Origin: Octopus sinensis
Taxonomy: Eukaryota
Assembly (NCBI RefSeq): GCF_006345805.1
Contig: NC_043002.1
Location: 4,960,001-5,024,000 of the forward strand
Direction: 5' to 3'
Length of the DNA: 64,000 nucleotides
Shown: piece by piece, positions 12,190-23,902 of the stretch
How positions within the stretch are numbered: the first letter of the stretch is position 1
How the letters are laid out: each line of letters starts with the position of its first letter
Program-made: the position numbers and the translations under genes
The notes under the pieces: generated by a model
Database searches by the model: none
Told to the model about the DNA's origin: nothing
What the model saw: only the letters and a program-made list of their open reading frames with translations

Positions 12190-12662
12190 CATCATCATCA
12201 TCATTTAGCGTTCGCTTTCCATGCTAGCATGGGTTGGACGGTTCAACTGGAGTCTGTGAAGCCAGAAGGCTGCATCAAGCCCAGTCTGATCTGGCAGTGT
12301 TTCTATGGCTGGATGCCCTTCCTAACGCCAACCACTCTGTGAGTGTAGTGGGTGCTTTTTACGTGCCACCCGCACAGGTGCCAGACGGAGCTGGCAAACG
12401 GCCACGAACGGATGGTGCTTTTACATGCCACCGGCACAGGGGCCAGGCGAGGCTGGCAATGGCCATGAACGGATGGTGCTTTTACATGCCACTGGCACGG
12501 AGGCCAGTCGGGGCGGCGCTGGCAACGGCAATTTCCATTGATGTTGATTGACTTTGATTTTGGTTCTGCTTTCTGATATCTGATTTGATTTGGTTTGATT
12601 TTGATTTTGATTTTGATTTTCACTTGCCTCAACGGGTCTTCACAAGTGGAGTTTTGTGTCCC
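12190..12662 (-). mobile_element. RTE 3' UTR fragment (family A)
   Basis: Nearly collinear with 50961-51440; three internal GC-rich units and a (TTTGAT)n tract. Confidence 0.88.
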
Positions 12663-13547
12663 ATAAAAATAAAAGCGATAAAACTTCTGGCAAGATGAGT
12701 GAGCAAACTGGATGTATTTCACTCTTGTACTCTGAACAAACTGTTATGTTAAGTTGAAAGTACAGAGTTGACAGAAACAGTTGTTGCTTATCTCCAAATC
12801 AGTCATGAAAAAGCAGACCCTGTTAAAGGCACCAAGGATGGCAGTTGGTAATGTTAAACCCAGACCATCGAACTCTATCTCTCTTCCTTTAAAACGTTGG
12901 CCTTTATTATTATTATTATATTAAAATATTTCCTCCAGAACAATACTAGGCTATCCAGAAATAAGAGCAGGAGAGGGTCACAAATGGGATGTCTTTTTCA
13001 GGATGAAAAAAAATTTTAGACCCAGACAACTACTAACTTTCAACAAGGATCAACTGAAAGGCACACAAAAACAGTTGTCCTTAATCTGCGACCAGAGTGG
13101 TAAGTATTCAACTATTCAAAGAGAACATTAACCTCACCAATCTTACTGGTGTTGGAGGGTCCACAAAAGCCATTGGCACAACACTTTCTTTCAGATCAAA
13201 CCATATAAGGTAAAAAAACAAAAAACAAAAAAAGGGACACTGATAATAACATACTTTGATGAGGACGTCTAATGGAAGATATACTTTTCGCTTTGAACCA
13301 TGATACGGTACTCCACGCAGTTGAGTGATGATTCCATATGCCTTGCCAATATGACTGCTTACATGGTCAGCATGGACATTTTTGATTCCTATAAAATAAC
13401 AGGAAAACAGAAAAATTATTTAGTCAAAGACCTTTACTTTACAACATTTCTAATAGCATCAGTCACAAGACAGTGTCAGTGCAAGTCAAAAAGAATAAAT
13501 ATTACAGGATACTTTTATTTGATACAATATACATATATGGCTGAAGA

Positions 13548-14026
13548 TAGTTGTGTGTGAAAGTGCCACACCCTGGCAGTTGAGGGGACCTGTGGAAGAA
13601 GTAGACCCAGGAAAACCTGGGTCGAGGTGGTGAAGCACAACCTTCAAACTTTAGGTCTCACAAAGGAAATGACCAGAGACCGAGACCTTTGGAAGTATGC
13701 TGTGCATGAGAAAACCCGGCAAGACCAGTGAGAACTGTCAAAATCAAAATCAAACCAATCAATTCATATATCAGAAAGCAGAACCAAATTGAGGTCGATC
13801 AACATCAGTGGGAATTGCAGCTGTGGTTAAGCGAACCATCCGATCATGGTCGTTGCCGTAAAAAGCACCCACTACACTCACGGAGTGGTTGGCGTTAGGA
13901 AGGGCATCCAGCCGTAGAAACACTGCCAGATCTGACTGGGCCTGATGAAGCCTTCCAGCTTCACAGACCCCAGTTGAACCGTCCAACCCATGCTAGCATG
14001 GAAAACGGACACTAAATGATGATGAT
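13548..14026 (+). mobile_element. RTE ORF2 C-terminus plus internally deleted 3' UTR
   Basis: Encodes CHTLAVEGTCGRSRPRKTWVEVVKHNL..LGLT..MTRDRDLWKYAV; ends with the (GAT)n tail. Confidence 0.85.
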
Positions 14027-14030
14027 ATAT

Positions 14031-14108
14031 ATATTCATTTGAATCTAAATTGTTGCTGAACTTATATATATATATAAGTTCAGCAAAAATTTAGATTCAA
14101 ATGAATAT
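14031..14108. repeat. 78-bp near-perfect palindrome centred on (AT)n
   Basis: One G/A mismatch (14052/14087). Confidence 0.92.
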
Positions 14109-14469
14109 GGCACTTAATTTAGATGCACCAGAATTTTTTATGGTGTTACCTATAAAAATATGCGGGGTGATTATAATAAAAAATAAGCAACAAGAATGGA
14201 TCCGGTAATTTAGTACAATTGTTTCATACTACAACATTTTATTAAAAGCTATAAATATTACAGCAGATTTAATATGCCGAGTAATCTTCAGCTAATTTTA
14301 TATAGGTTTTCCAATAATATAAAGTTCTCAGATCAATTAATAACATCTTAGGGAGGGTAAATATACAGATAAAGATGTAGATATGAATCTTAGGAATATG
14401 AGGTAGTGTAGTTTAGATGCCAACTGACCAAAACCTTGGATGGTTTTATATTTACAGATATTTATTAGT

Positions 14470-14975
14470 ATGTAGGGTTGGCAAAGAGAATAGTGAAGAA
14501 TTCCAGGTAGAAGTAGGGGTTCACCAAGGATCAGTCCTCAGCCTCCTCTTATTCATCATAGTCCTCCAGGTAATAACAGGAATTCAAGACTGGATGCCCT
14601 TGGGAACTTCTCTGTGCTGATGACCTTGCTCTAATGGCTGAATCACTACCAGAACTAGAGACAAAGTTTAGGGTGTGGAAGCAAGGTCTAGAATTGAAGG
14701 GTCTTAAGGTTAACCTAGCAAAAACTAAAATCTTAGCAAGTAGGAAGGCTGACAAATCACAAATCCCCTCACATAGATGGCCCTGCTCAATCTGTAGAAA
14801 AGGCGTGGGTAGAAACTCCATACGATGTACCCGGTGTAAGCTATGGATACACAACAGGTGCAGCAATATTAAAGGAAGGTTAACCAGGAAGATAGTTTTT
14901 GTGTGTCACAGATGCACAGGGGGAATAAACACAGAAGATGTACAGAAAACAGATTCCAACACATGCCAGGGGAAA
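14470..14975 (+). mobile_element. RTE LINE ORF2 fragment (end of RT plus Cys-rich finger)
   Basis: VGVHQGSVLSLLLFII, then LCADDLALMAES...GLKVNLAKTKIL, then WPCSICRKGVGRNSIRCTRCKLWIHNRCS; one frameshift. Confidence 0.88.
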
Positions 14976-15160
14976 AAATTTTTATTTTACACAGGAGAAG
15001 AGGAACTGTGGACATGAATTTTGCAGACTGTTCTCCGAGACAAGAGAAACTGATGTAACTAATGCCCAAGCAGACAATCTCAGTTTCTGCAGTGAGGGGA
15101 CAAGGGGTCAGATCTGAATGCTTGCAACAAAGTGAACTCTATTAAAGGTATTAAGAACCA

Positions 15161-15575
15161 ATGATGACCTGGCACAAACATTAGCGCACCGGGCGAAATG
15201 CTTAGCGGTATTTCGTCTGCTGTTACGTTCTGAGTTCAAATTCCACCAAGGTCGACTTAGCCTTTCATCCTTTCGGGGTCGATTAAATTAAGTACCAGTT
15301 ACACACTGTGGTCGATATAATCGACTTAATCCCTTTGTCAGTCCTTGTTTGTCCTCTCTGTGTTTAGCCCCTTGTGGGTAGTAAAGAAATAGGTATTTCG
15401 TCTGCTGTTACGTTCTGAGTTCAAATTCCGCCGAGGTCGACTTTGCCTTTCGTCCTTTCGGGGTCGATTAAATAAGTACCGGTTACGCACTGGGGTCGAT
15501 ATAATCGACTTAATCCGTTTGTCTGCCCTTGTTTGTCCTCTCTGTGTTTAGCCCCTTGTGGGTAGTAAAGAAATA
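15161..15575 (+). mobile_element. Dimeric tRNA-derived SINE (family C) with TSD
   Basis: Unit 2 (15392-15575) repeats 15207-15391; TSD GGTATT(T)AAGAACCA at 15147-15160 and 15576-15590. Confidence 0.9.
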
Positions 15576-16190
15576 GGTATTTAAGAACCAGCTGGTGGTG
15601 TTAAAAAGGATGCCATATTAGGGTCTTTCACTTACAGCCATGTATGAAAACTAACCATTTAAGGAAAAGGAAACGGGAGCTGAAAGAATGATTCTGCTCT
15701 TCTTAGGGATATTTCAACATGGAATAAATTGGCCACAAAATCAAAACGCTGACCCTTCTTTATGTTTATTCATTACAATTCTATTCGTTGTGATAATTTA
15801 ATCACAAGTTATGTACGAGAGAGAAACAGAGAGAATGCAAGAAACAAGCAAACGATTCCTCACCCAAACATTCCAAAAGCAAATAGTGCAGAGAAGAAAC
15901 GGTTTTCTCAGCATAGTCCTCCATATTCTTTATACTTGTAAATGGATTCTCTTTCAGACTGGTGAACTGAAGTGGAAAGAATATGATATAAAAAATGAAA
16001 GGACAAACTTTTCAAAATTACATATTACATTAAATAACAATGTTTAAATAAAAGCCAGAATCAAAAGAAATTTGTGCTTGTGTGAATAAGTAAAAATAAT
16101 TCAATAAGGATCACAAATCTGGATAAATTTTGTATGCCATGAGGAAACAAGAATCCAGATATTTCAAGTGAAGGTATTTATTGCTGAGAG

Positions 16191-16590
16191 GTGAGCTGGC
16201 AGAAACGTTAGCATGCTGGGCGAAATGCGTAGCTGTATTTTTCGGCTGTTACGTTCTGAGTTCAAATTCCACCGAGGTCGACTTTGCCTTTCATCCTTTC
16301 AGGGTCAATTAAATAAGTACCAGTTATGAACTGGGGTCGATGTAATCGACTTAATCCGTTTGTCTGTCCTCTCTGTGTTTAGCCCCTTGTGGGTAGTAAA
16401 GAAATAGGTATTTCGTCTACCGCTACGTTCTGAGTTCAAATTCTGCCAAGGTCGACTTCGCCTTTCATCCTTTCAAGGTCAATTAAATAAGTACCAGTTA
16501 TGCACTGGGGTCGATGTAATCGACTTAATCCGTCTGTCTGTCCTTGTTTGTCCTCTCTTTGTTTAGCCCCTTGTGGGTAGTAAAGAAATA
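16191..16590 (+). mobile_element. Dimeric tRNA-derived SINE (family C) with an 18-bp TSD
   Basis: Unit 2 starts at 16407; TSD GGTATTTATTGCTGAGAG at 16173-16190 and 16591-16608. Confidence 0.9.
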
Positions 16591-16847
16591 GGTATTTATT
16601 GCTGAGAGAATATTTTCTCTCTCCAATGAAGGGCTCTTTCCCAAAAGCATATAAAATTATCTAAATTTGTGATTTTTACAAACAATCTCAATAATAATTA
16701 GCTTATAGTGTTTTGTCAGGAAAAACCATTCATTAAATTGAGATTGAAATAAGCTACTTCCTCAATTTGCTAGTTTATTGTTTGTGATACAAAATATCTC
16801 TTTGTCGAATTATGAAGTTACTGAGATTTTTTTCTCATTTCAAAGAT

Positions 16848-17185
16848 AGGTGCAGGTGTGGCTACGTGGGAAATCTTTGCTTCCAACCACATAGTTCCAG
16901 GATCAGTCTCACTGCTTGGCACCTTGGGCGAGTGTCTTCTACTACAGCCCCAGATCAACCAAAGCCCCGTGAGTGGATTTAGCAGAAGGAAACAGAAAGA
17001 AGCCTGTTGTTTTTGTGTGTAAGTATGTGTATGTTCACTCTGTAAAGTGGTTAGCATTAGGAAGGGCATCCAGTCATAAAAACCATGCCAAAGCAGACAG
17101 TGAAGTTTGGTGCATTTCTCTGGCTTGCCAGCACCTTTCGAACCGTCCAACCCATGCCAGCATGGAAGACAGACATAAAATGAAG
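16848..17185 (+). mobile_element. SINE head B joined to an RTE-like 3' tail
   Basis: Head resembles 11097; tail TTAGGAAGGGCATCCAG...CCAACCCATGCCAGCATGGAAGAC. Confidence 0.7.
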
Positions 17186-17586
17186 AAGATCAACTAAAAC
17201 CCTTGAAGAGAGAGATTCAGCCTGGTCACGAGAGACAAACTTAAAACCAGCAAAAGAATGAAAACAATTACCCGTGCATCAATGAGTCGTAGGAGCCAGT
17301 GTTTGGACAAATTGTGTTTTTGAACAGCCTGAAACAATTAAAGAAAGATAAAGAAAGACAATTAGGAAATTTGTTATCTTTTATGTTAAGAAAAAAGTAA
17401 AGTAAAATATATAGCTAAATGTTATACAAGTGTAGGAAGATAGATATTTTATTCATTTGTTTAAATATTATTATTTAGTGCAAGTTAGCCTTGATCCAAT
17501 AGTCCTATGATCAAAGAACCTTCTGGATATGTCTACACCCTTTTATCTACAAACATAAATTTTTTTATGATGTATGTATGTATATA

Positions 17587-17786
17587 TATATATATAGTTA
17601 ATCCAAACACGAAAACACAACAACGCGAGGACGTGGAACAAGTATAGTGTTATTGGACGCTCAGGAAAGGAAAGAAAGAGGATTTAACGTTTTGAGTGGA
17701 GCTCTTTGTCAGAAACATAGGAAAAGGAAAGATCCAAAGAAGGGAAGACGGAGGAAAAAAATCGCCAACGGTGCACACGCGGTCAC

Positions 17787-17788
<2 letters not shown>
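17587..17788 (-). mobile_element. Short Penelope-like repeat remnant in (TA)n carrying a decayed hammerhead motif
   Basis: Minus strand reads CTGACAAAGAGCTCCACTCAAAACGTTA, which becomes CTGACGA-A-GAGC-TCC-GCTC-GAAA-CGTT after reverting three CpG transitions; flanked by TA arrays. Confidence 0.55.
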
Positions 17789-17826
<38 letters not shown>

Positions 17827-18538
17827 TACTGCATGTAATGACAGGTAGCTAAAAAGGGTCGGCATCGGCAAGAGCTTCCAGTTGTAAAAAAACTGTCTCT
17901 CTAAGCTCAAAAAGTTTTGCCCAATCCTTGCCAACACAGAAAATCAGATGTAAAGCAATGAAGAATGTCTCTAAAACTAAATTGTATGTGTTCTTTCGTT
18001 TTTAAGGGTAGTAAATGAGATTTGGCTGCTATTTCTAACAAGTCAAAATATGATATGTAGGCTTCTCGTTGGCTTGATAAAAGTTGGTCTAGGGTTAGTC
18101 AACGGCAAAAATAACAACCCCTTAATGTGTTTGCCTTACTTGTGTATGAGAGAGAGAGAGAGAAGCCAGATCCTTTATATTTAAATAATATAAATAAATT
18201 ACGGTCCTTGCTTTAATGTTCAGTTTTCCAAGCTTGCATGGGTCAGACAGCTTTATTGAGGCTGATTTTCTACAGTCAGATACCCTTCCTGTGACCAACC
18301 CTGCTGATTCTAAGCCAAGTAATATATCTCCATGTCCAGACATGTTTACTTGAGGCAGTAGATAGTTTCTGCTATTTAAGTTAACCAAATAAGTAATGGT
18401 GGTGGATGCTCTGAAAGTATCGTTTCTAGAATAAGAATTGGATGGAGGAAGTTCAGAGAGCTACTACCTCTGCTGGCAACAAAAGGACTCTCTCTCAGAA
18501 TGAAAGGTAAATTGTATGATGCTTGTGTGCTATATTAC

Positions 18539-18768
18539 ATATTTCTTTACTACCCACAGGGGGCTAGACACAGAGGGGACAAACAAGGACAAATGGATTA
18601 AGTCGATTACATCGACCCCAGTGTGTAACTGGTTCTTAGTTTATCAACCCCAAAAGGATGAAAAGCAAAGTCGACCGTGGCAGAATTTGAACCCAGAACG
18701 TAATGGCAGACGAAATACGGCTACGCATTTCGCCCGGCGTGCTAACGATTCTGCCAGCTCGCCACCTT
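18539..18768 (-). mobile_element. SINE family C monomer with TSD
   Basis: CTTGTGTGCTATATTA at 18522-18537 and 18769-18784. Confidence 0.9.
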
Positions 18769-18779
18769 CTTGTGTGCTA

Positions 18780-20113
18780 TATTATATGGTAGTGAAATAT
18801 GGGCTCTGACTGCAGAGGACATGCGTAGGCTGGAGAGGAATGAAGGTAGTATGCTTCATTGGATTTGCAACATCAGTGTACATGACAAACAAAGCATGAC
18901 TGTGTTAAGAGAAAAGTTAGGCATAAGAGGGATTAAATGTGGTATGCAGGAGAGGAGAATGCATTGGTTTGGACATGTGATGCATATGAGTGAAGACTGC
19001 TGTATACAGAAGTACCTGTGGAAGAGGGAGACCCAGGAAGACATGGGATGAAGTGGTGAGGACTGATCTGAGGATGTTGGGGCTCATGGAGGAAATGGCA
19101 ATGGACCGAGATGGTTGGCGACATGAGGTTCTAGAAAAGACCCACCCATGTCAGTGAAACTGAATACTAGGAGAGTTGTGTCCTACCCACGCATAACAAC
19201 AAACTTTTCACACACCCTACCCCCAAGGAACCGAACTACATCTCCTCCTCTTCTAAATGCATCTTTCTCTTCCTCACATTTCCTCTTCATAAACTATGAT
19301 TGTCTTCCAATTCCCTTTCCTGCCCTCACTGCGCTGCTCACTGGTTGTATTCACAGCTTTTCACCCCCCCACCCATTTTCTACCCAGGTTTTTGCCAGTC
19401 AATGCAATCCCCACTACCAACTTGCACCTTCTTGGCATCACCTTTCTTCGATTGCTCTTCCTTCTGGATGGGTGGCCATGTATCTCCTCTACAGCAGCAC
19501 ACCTGCTTTTGCCCTCATTCTTGATCCCCCCTCTCTCTATCTTTTTTCTCTCTTTCTCTCGCTCTCACTGGGTAACCCTGTACCTCCTCTATAGCAACAC
19601 ACCTGTTTCTACCTCTCTATTTCTCTGTCACACTCTAAACTTTCATCATTTGACCCCAGATCACTTCTTCCAATGCACCCTCTGTTATAGCAAGTCGCCT
19701 GTTTCTACCTCTTGGTCCCTTTGTCACTTTCTAACCTTTCATCCTCTGACACATGTTCCCCTCCTCAAATGCCCCTGCCCCTCTCATAATTCCTTGTCTT
19801 GTGAGTTACTTGGTGACCCTGTCAGTGCAGGTGCCACGTAAAAAGCATCCAGTTGACACTGTAAAGTGGTTGGCATTTGGAAGGGCATCCAGCTGTAAAC
19901 ATTATGCCCAAACTAATCTCACCTGTGCTAGTGCCATGTAAAAAAGCATTGAGTCCACTCTGCAGAGTAGTTGGTATTAGGAAGGGCATCCAGCCATAAA
20001 AACCCTGCCAAAACAGACACAGCAGCCTAGGGTGGTTTTTCTACCTGGCTGGCTCCTGTTAACCGTCCTATCCATGCATGCATAGAAGATGAATGTTAAA
20101 CAATGATGATGAT
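18780..20113 (+). mobile_element. Older RTE subfamily: ORF2 C-terminus, long pyrimidine-rich 3' UTR and (GAT)n tail
   Basis: LYGSEIWALTAEDMRRLERNEGSMLHWIC...RRMHWFGHVM; ends GTTAAACAATGATGATG. Confidence 0.8.
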
Positions 20114-21249
20114 GATTGGCAATGAATGACAATGCTTGTATGGAAGTGGCAATCATTTACAACTATCGTACCGTGTCAAGACAGAGAGGTACAAATAAAC
20201 ACACACAAACCTCCCTCATATCACACCTGGCCTCTTAAATAAAAGACAGAACACATTGTATGATGTAGTCCTAGATTCATTATGCAATGCAAAAAAGAAG
20301 AAAAATAGGTCAAATGGTTATGCATGGAACATTTTTGGTCATAAGTCTGCTGAATCAAGGTTAACGAGTTAAATAACAACAATAACATAAATATATATAT
20401 TTATTCTTCATTACCCACTGTATCCTTCTTGTAAAATATTGATTTTATACTTATTCAAAATAAATTTTGAAATCTCCTGAAATAAATCTAAATTTTAATG
20501 GTACCACATAAAAAATATCCAGTTCACTCTGTAAAGTGGTTGGCATTTAGAATGGCATCCAGCTGTAAAAACCATGCCAAAGAAGACCTCACCAGTGCTG
20601 GTGCTGCGTAAAATACATCCAATCCACTCTATAAAGCGCTTGGCATTAAGGGCAACCTGCCGTGAAAACTGTGCCAAAGCAGGTTTTGTCAATGCTGGAG
20701 CCACTTAAAAAGCATTTAGTCTGCTCTGTGAAATGGTTGGTATTAGGAAGGGCATCCAGCCATGAAAACCATACCAAAGCAGACAGTGGTGCTTGGTGCA
20801 GTCCTCTGGCTTGTCAGTTCCTGTCAAACTATCTGACCTATGCCAACATGGAAGATGACTGTTTAATGATGATGATGATGATGATGATGATGAAAGGAAA
20901 TCAAATATTTACTTACTCTTGCAAGTTCCTGTCCAACAGGTAAGTGAGGCAGTTTCCCCTGTAAAATAATAAATATTTAATAATGTTTACGTTAGTATAA
21001 TGATTTCTAACATAGCCATAAGGCTACAAATTGTATGAAAGGTAGTGTATTGCTGATTAGATCAACCAACCTCTAGTATTTGGATGGTGCTTTAATTTAC
21101 AACACACATCCCAAGCAAAGAAAGAAAATCAAAGGTGGGATTAAAGTGGGATTAAAGCTTAGAACATAAATAAATGCAGCCCTCACTGTTATAGCAAAAT
21201 AAACAATATTAAGTTTTAGAGGTAGGTGTGTGTGTGTGTGTAGGTACAT

Positions 21250-21643
21250 ACTCTTTTACTCTTTTACTTGTTTCAGTCATTTGACTGCAGCCATGCTGGA
21301 GCACCGCCTTTAGTCGAGCAAATCGACCCCGGGACTTATTTTTTGAAAACCCAGTACTCATCCTATCGGTCTCTTTTGCTGAACCGCTAAGTGACGGGGA
21401 CGTAAACACACCAGCATCGGTTGTCAAGCAATGCTAGGGGGACAAACACAGACACACAAATACACACACATACATATATACGACAAGCTTCTTTCAGTTT
21501 CCGTCTACCAAATCCACTCACAAGGCATTGGTCGGCCCGGGGCTATAGCAGAAGACACTTGCCCAAGATGCCACGCAGTGGGACTGAACCCGGAACCATG
21601 TGGTTGGTTAGCAAGCTACTTACCACACAGCCACTCCTGCGCC
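21250..21643 (-). mobile_element. Full-length SINE head B
   Basis: Near-identical to 3802-4168 and 47243-47645. Confidence 0.88.
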
Positions 21644-21886
21644 TAGGACACCACATGTGTGGTGTCATGTAAAAACGTCCTTGTGGCGAGACATAAAAGT
21701 GCCCATGTGGTGCTATGTAAAATGGTTGGCATTAGGAAAGGCAATCAGCCATAGAAACCATGCAAAATCAGACGGGAGTTTGGTGCAGCTCCCCAGCTCT
21801 GGTCAAACTATCCAACCCATGCCAGCATGGACGACAGACATCAAATGATGATGATGACAATGATGATATATATCCATCCAAAATTT

Positions 21887-22118
21887 AGGCGGTGAGCTGG
21901 CAGAAACGTTAGCATGCCGGGCGAAAGGCGTAGCCGTATCTCATCTGTCGCTACGTTCTGAGTTCAAATTCCGCAGAGGTCGACTTTGCCTTTCATCCTT
22001 TCAGGGTCGATAAATTAAGTACCAGTTACGCACTGGGGTCGATATAATCAACTTGATCCGTTTGTCTGTCCTTGTTTGTCCCTTCTGTGTTTAGCCCCTT
22101 CTGGGTAGTAAAGAAAAA
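21887..22118 (+). mobile_element. SINE family C monomer
   Basis: GGCGGTGAGCTGGCAGAAACG head and GAGTTCAAATT B box; flanked by the GATATATATCCATCCA direct repeat. Confidence 0.9.
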
Positions 22119-22837
22119 GATATATATCCATCCATACATCTTCTCCACCCATTATGCCTGGGAGAGTCCTCAGGGTCCCTATGAGAAGCATCCACCATCA
22201 GACTTTCTGACTGGATTCCGAAGTATGACCAACTAAAGCTTGGCTTGAAGAACCCCTCTTGCATTTCTTTCCTGTGGCATTCTAGTCACATGTCCATGGT
22301 ACTGGAATTGTGATCTCACAATATATGTGTGTTTAGGACTGCAAGAGTGTTGTGCGGTGCCATGTAAAAAGCACTGGTGCTGGTACCCATGTTAGTGCCA
22401 CATAAAAATCACCCGGCACATTCTGTTAAGTGGCTGGTGTCAGAAAGGGCATCTAGTTGTAGAAACAAAGCCAAATTAGACTGGAACCTCGTGCAGATCT
22501 CCAGCATGCCAGCTCTGGTCAAACTGTCCAACCCATGCTAGCATTGAAAATGGATGTTAAATGATGATGATGACATGGGTGGAGATATGGCCAAGTTGTA
22601 GAGAACTTTGCTTTGCAACCATGAAGTCCCAGGTTCAATCCCAATGTGGGATATATTTAGAAATGTGTCTTTTACAATTGCCTTCAGTGGCTCCAAACAC
22701 TGTGAGTGAAACTGGGTAAAATAGCAACCAGGTGTAAGACCACAAATGGACTTTACTTGTAATTCAAATGGTGAGTCTTGTCACACTAAGTCTGCCTGAG
22801 GATTACATTAAAGCACATGTATTTATGGATACTCAGC

Positions 22838-23098
22838 TGTGATCATGTGACTGACCAGGCTATCAAATGTTACACATCACTGGTCACAATCCATTTTTGT
22901 ACTGTTTTAGCCTTCAAATGATGCCATCCCACTGGCTAGGCAAGCAGGCCAACATTCCCCACAGATTGAAAGGGGGACTGGGGCAACGTAAAATAAAGTG
23001 TTTTGCTCAAGAACACAATATGCTGCCCATTCAGGGAATCGAACCCACAATCTAACGATTGTGAGTGCAACAGCTTAACCCCTAGGCTACACATCTTC
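22838..23098 (-). mobile_element. SINE with an H2-like head and a distinct tail (T4), 7-bp TSD
   Basis: ACTCAGC at 22831-22837 and 23099-23105; CORE-like TTGAGCAAAACACTTTATTTTACGTTGC on the minus strand. Confidence 0.65.
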
Positions 23099-23326
23099 AC
23101 TCAGCCATGAAGGCGGTTCAGTTGACAACCAGTTCCATTGATGAAACTGTGGGCAGATTAATTTGTTATTGCATGTACTCATATGCATTCACATAATTAT
23201 ATTAGCATAAAATATAGAATGGATTTACTTACCATGAAAGATGATATTTAGAATTGTAATTTAAAATCAATATGGAAAAAATATTTTCTAGAAAATCAGT
23301 ACCATCATTAGCAGAAGGAACAGCAA

Positions 23327-23902
23327 GTGAAGGCGCAATGGCCCAATGGTTAGGGCAGCGGACTCGCAATCGGAGGATTGCGGTCTCGATTCCTAGACCG
23401 GGCGTTGTGTGTGTTTATTGAACGAAAACACCTAAAGCTCCACGAGGCTCCGGCAGGAGTGGTGGCGACCCCTGTTGTACTCTTTCGCTCCAACTTTCTC
23501 TCACTCTTTCTTCCTGTTTCTTGTCCCCGATTTCCTACGCAACCGCTGAGCCTGGATGCTCATTCATCCATCCATCGATGCTCTCGGTGTCGGAGGTTGA
23601 CCTGCTTTCTCTTCTGCGGGTCTTACGAATAGCAAAGGACCACATTTCGGACTTCTCCCACTGGGATGAAGACCGCTTCGCTCAACAGCAACAGGAGCCG
23701 TTCAAGAATTTGGACCTGGAGATCTCCATTTCCAGCGACTTCGTGGGCCACCTCCCTGTGGTGTCAGGCATCAACGAAGAGCCTTCGACTACAAGACGAC
23801 CAAAGTATTTTTTTTCTAAGGTCTGGGGTCTCCCGCCCCTAAGCCCTAGACCATCACCTAATCACCCTTACTCATCTTGTTGCTTAACAACAACAACAAC
23901 AA
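23327..23902 (+). mobile_element. Chimeric SINE: head H1 + unique GC-rich body + (CAA)n tail
   Basis: 23327-23521 matches the reverse complement of 9660-9853; the downstream body has no other match in the window. Confidence 0.7.
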
